Shown here one piece after another: positions 17,738 to 19,738 of a stretch of DNA of 19,738 bases (within the stretch, counting starts at the first letter, position 1; each line of letters begins with the position of its first letter). This DNA comes from Candidatus Hodarchaeaceae archaeon (GTDB lineage Archaea; Hadarchaeota; Hadarchaeia; Hadarchaeales; Hadarchaeaceae), in contig JASEGJ010000020.1 in the NCBI GenBank assembly GCA_030018135.1, positions 375-20,112 of the forward strand, in the 5' to 3' direction. The notes beneath the pieces are model-generated. The model did not search any database. It saw nothing but the letters and a program-made list of their open reading frames with translations, and was not told the origin of the DNA. The translations under genes were made by a program, and so were the position numbers.

Positions 17738-19075
17738 TTATGGAGTTAGGGCGAAAGTCGGCTTCAGAAAGACGTCCGGCCTAGACCGGGGGGTAATCTC
17801 TCCGGCCAAGTTCTCCTGCATGAGCTCAGAAACTTCCTCTAAGTCCTTGGTCTTGCCGAGCGACCACATCAGCTTCGCCCAGGCAACTTCGGGCAACATG
17901 TCCCCCCCGGGGATTACCCCGAGCCGGAGGAGATCCCGGCCCGTCGAGTATACCTTCATGTCGACACGCCCCCAGAGGCACTGCGAGGTCATCACCACAG
18001 GCACCCCCCTACTCACAGCGAGCTTGATCCCATCGAACAAGGACTCCGGAACATGCCCTAACCCAGTTCCCTCAAGCACAATGCCCTTGTCCCCAGCTTT
18101 AAGCACGCCCCTGATGACGCTTGAAGGCATCCCCGGCGTGACCTTCAGAAGGGCCACTCTCGGCTCGAATTTCCCCTCCACCTTCACCCTGCCCTTTGGC
18201 TTCCTGCGGTTGTAATCTTCGCGGAACAGCTTCAGCTCGGTACCCCGAACCATCCCAAGCGGGATGTCGTTGATGGTTTGAAAGGTATCGCGCCTGCTCG
18301 TGTGACACTTTCTAACCTTGGTGCCCCGGTGGATGAGGCAAAAGTCATCTTCGGTAGAGCCGTGCATCACGACGCAAACCTCAGCGATGTCGGACTTGCC
18401 CGCGACGGCGACGGCGCCGATTAAGTTCAGCGCCGCATCGCTGCTGGGCCTATCGGAGGAGCGCTGCGACCCGACCAATACGACCGGTCTAAACAGGTCC
18501 TTGAGCATGAAGCTCAGCGCGGCCGCGGTGTAGCCCATGGTATCCGTGCCGTGCGCGACTACGACCCCATCGGCGCCAGCGTTCAACTCCCTAGCTATGG
18601 CCCTGCCGATCCTCACCCAAAGCTGCGGGGTCATGTTTTCGCTGAATACGTTGCAAACTTCCACGACTTTGATGTTTGCCAAATTCGCCAGCTCCGGCAC
18701 GGCGCTGTAGATCTCTTGGGCGGTGAAAGCTGGATAAACGGCCCCGGTCCTGTAGTCGACGCGGCATGCAACCGTACCGCCAGTTCCCATGATCGTGACA
18801 TCCGGCTTCGCCGGATCGCGTTTTATTTCGAGCGGCGGCAAACCTAGCCTCGGCATTTTTCCCCCCTCAACTTTGCTGATTTTTACTCCTTTAGATATCC
18901 TGATCCCGACGTTGTAGCCGCTCGCCAACTTTACGACGAAATGATTTGGGTCGCCCAGCTCGGTTCGGGGCATCAAAATTCCCTCGTAAACCCTGCCCGC
19001 CTTCTCGATTTTTACGCGGTCCCCAACTTCGATCGAGAGCGATTTCAACAGCTTCAAGGCTTTACCTCTGTACAT
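17738..19075 (-). CDS. gatD: Glutamyl-tRNA(Gln) amidotransferase subunit D
   Basis: KLASGYNVG, TGGTVACRVDYRTG, HGTDT, GSQRSSDRPSSD, KCHTSRRD. Adjacent to gatE. Confidence 0.97.
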   Translation of the reverse strand: MYRGKALKLLKSLSIEVGDRVKIEKAGRVYEGILMPRTELGDPNHFVVKLASGYNVGIRISKGVKISKVEGGKMPRLGLPPLEIKRDPAKPDVTIMGTGGTVACRVDYRTGAVYPAFTAQEIYSAVPELANLANIKVVEVCNVFSENMTPQLWVRIGRAIARELNAGADGVVVAHGTDTMGYTAAALSFMLKDLFRPVVLVGSQRSSDRPSSDAALNLIGAVAVAGKSDIAEVCVVMHGSTEDDFCLIHRGTKVRKCHTSRRDTFQTINDIPLGMVRGTELKLFREDYNRRKPKGRVKVEGKFEPRVALLKVTPGMPSSVIRGVLKAGDKGIVLEGTGLGHVPESLFDGIKLAVSRGVPVVMTSQCLWGRVDMKVYSTGRDLLRLGVIPGGDMLPEVAWAKLMWSLGKTKDLEEVSELMQENLAGEITPRSRPDVFLKPTFALTP

Positions 19076-19186
19076 CCAAGCGCCTATCTGGAACTCGTGT
19101 GCGCATGCTTAAATCAATAACCCCTGCAATAATGGCTTGGAAAATGCTTATGACCCTCAACCACCGATGTTAAGAGGGGTTGGAAG

Positions 19187-19654
19187 ATGAAGATCCTTAT
19201 CCAGGGCTTGGGAGAGGTGCCTATACCTATCGAGCTCGCACTCAAGAAGGAGAAACCAGATGTCACTTACATCCTGTGCAACAAATACCAGATGAAAAAT
19301 GTCGCCAAATCCGCGGGGTATAAAAAATCATCCAGTGCCGTAATCGAGGAAGTGGCAAAGAAGACGGGCACAAAAGTCGTGTTTCAGTTGTGCGATATTT
19401 TTAGTCTCCAATCCGTCAGCGATGCAATCGGGCAGGTAATAAAGCAGGTCAAGCCAAATGACGAAGTTGTCATAAACTACACGGGGGGCGCGGCCAGCGT
19501 GAAATTGCTCCTCGGCGCCACGGCGGTCGTCCTGTCGAGATTTTTATCCATTAAGATCATCTACGCGTTAAGGCTCGACGATGGCAAGGAAGTTGTTCGC
19601 GACCAGACGGAGGAGCTGCAGGAAATCTTCAAACAGCTCTACGAGTTCTTTTAG
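19187..19654 (+). CDS. Stand-alone CARF (CRISPR-associated Rossmann fold)-like protein
   Basis: KILIQGLGEVP..I......KPDVTYIL, CDIFSL, VVINYTGG, IIY match the CARF strand/motif order. No effector domain. SD GAGGGG upstream. Confidence 0.65.
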   Translation: MKILIQGLGEVPIPIELALKKEKPDVTYILCNKYQMKNVAKSAGYKKSSSAVIEEVAKKTGTKVVFQLCDIFSLQSVSDAIGQVIKQVKPNDEVVINYTGGAASVKLLLGATAVVLSRFLSIKIIYALRLDDGKEVVRDQTEELQEIFKQLYEFF

Positions 19655-19738
19655 CTTCCTTTGGCCGCGTTGACCGTGACGGGATTCAATTCCTTAAACG
19701 GTTTTCCTCAGGATTATTGATTTAAACAACCAAGCCCC

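Overview
Archaeal chromosomal window (archaeal histone, GatDE, short archaeal PurA, Sec61beta, Tsr3, GGAGGTG-type Shine-Dalgarno sites, BRE/TATA promoters). Bases ~5000-19100 are mostly housekeeping: glyS, CBS protein, amidohydrolase, tsr3, secG (missed by the ORF track), htpX, Fap7/AK6 kinase, purA, histone, M29 aminopeptidase, glmS, gatE, gatD. Bases ~1-5000 look accessory: two winged-helix proteins, a class III aminotransferase, an AEC transporter, several apparently damaged small ORFs, and a ~620 bp non-coding block with three identical 16-bp palindromes and a 19-bp tandem duplication. Most interesting: (1) a 105-aa protein that reads as a single-repeat ('half') TATA-binding protein, 29 bp downstream of the histone gene; (2) a stand-alone CARF-fold protein with no CRISPR context in the window; (3) the palindrome array between convergent genes; (4) several genes with non-canonical or damaged starts. 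All calls come from reading motifs by eye; no searches were run.
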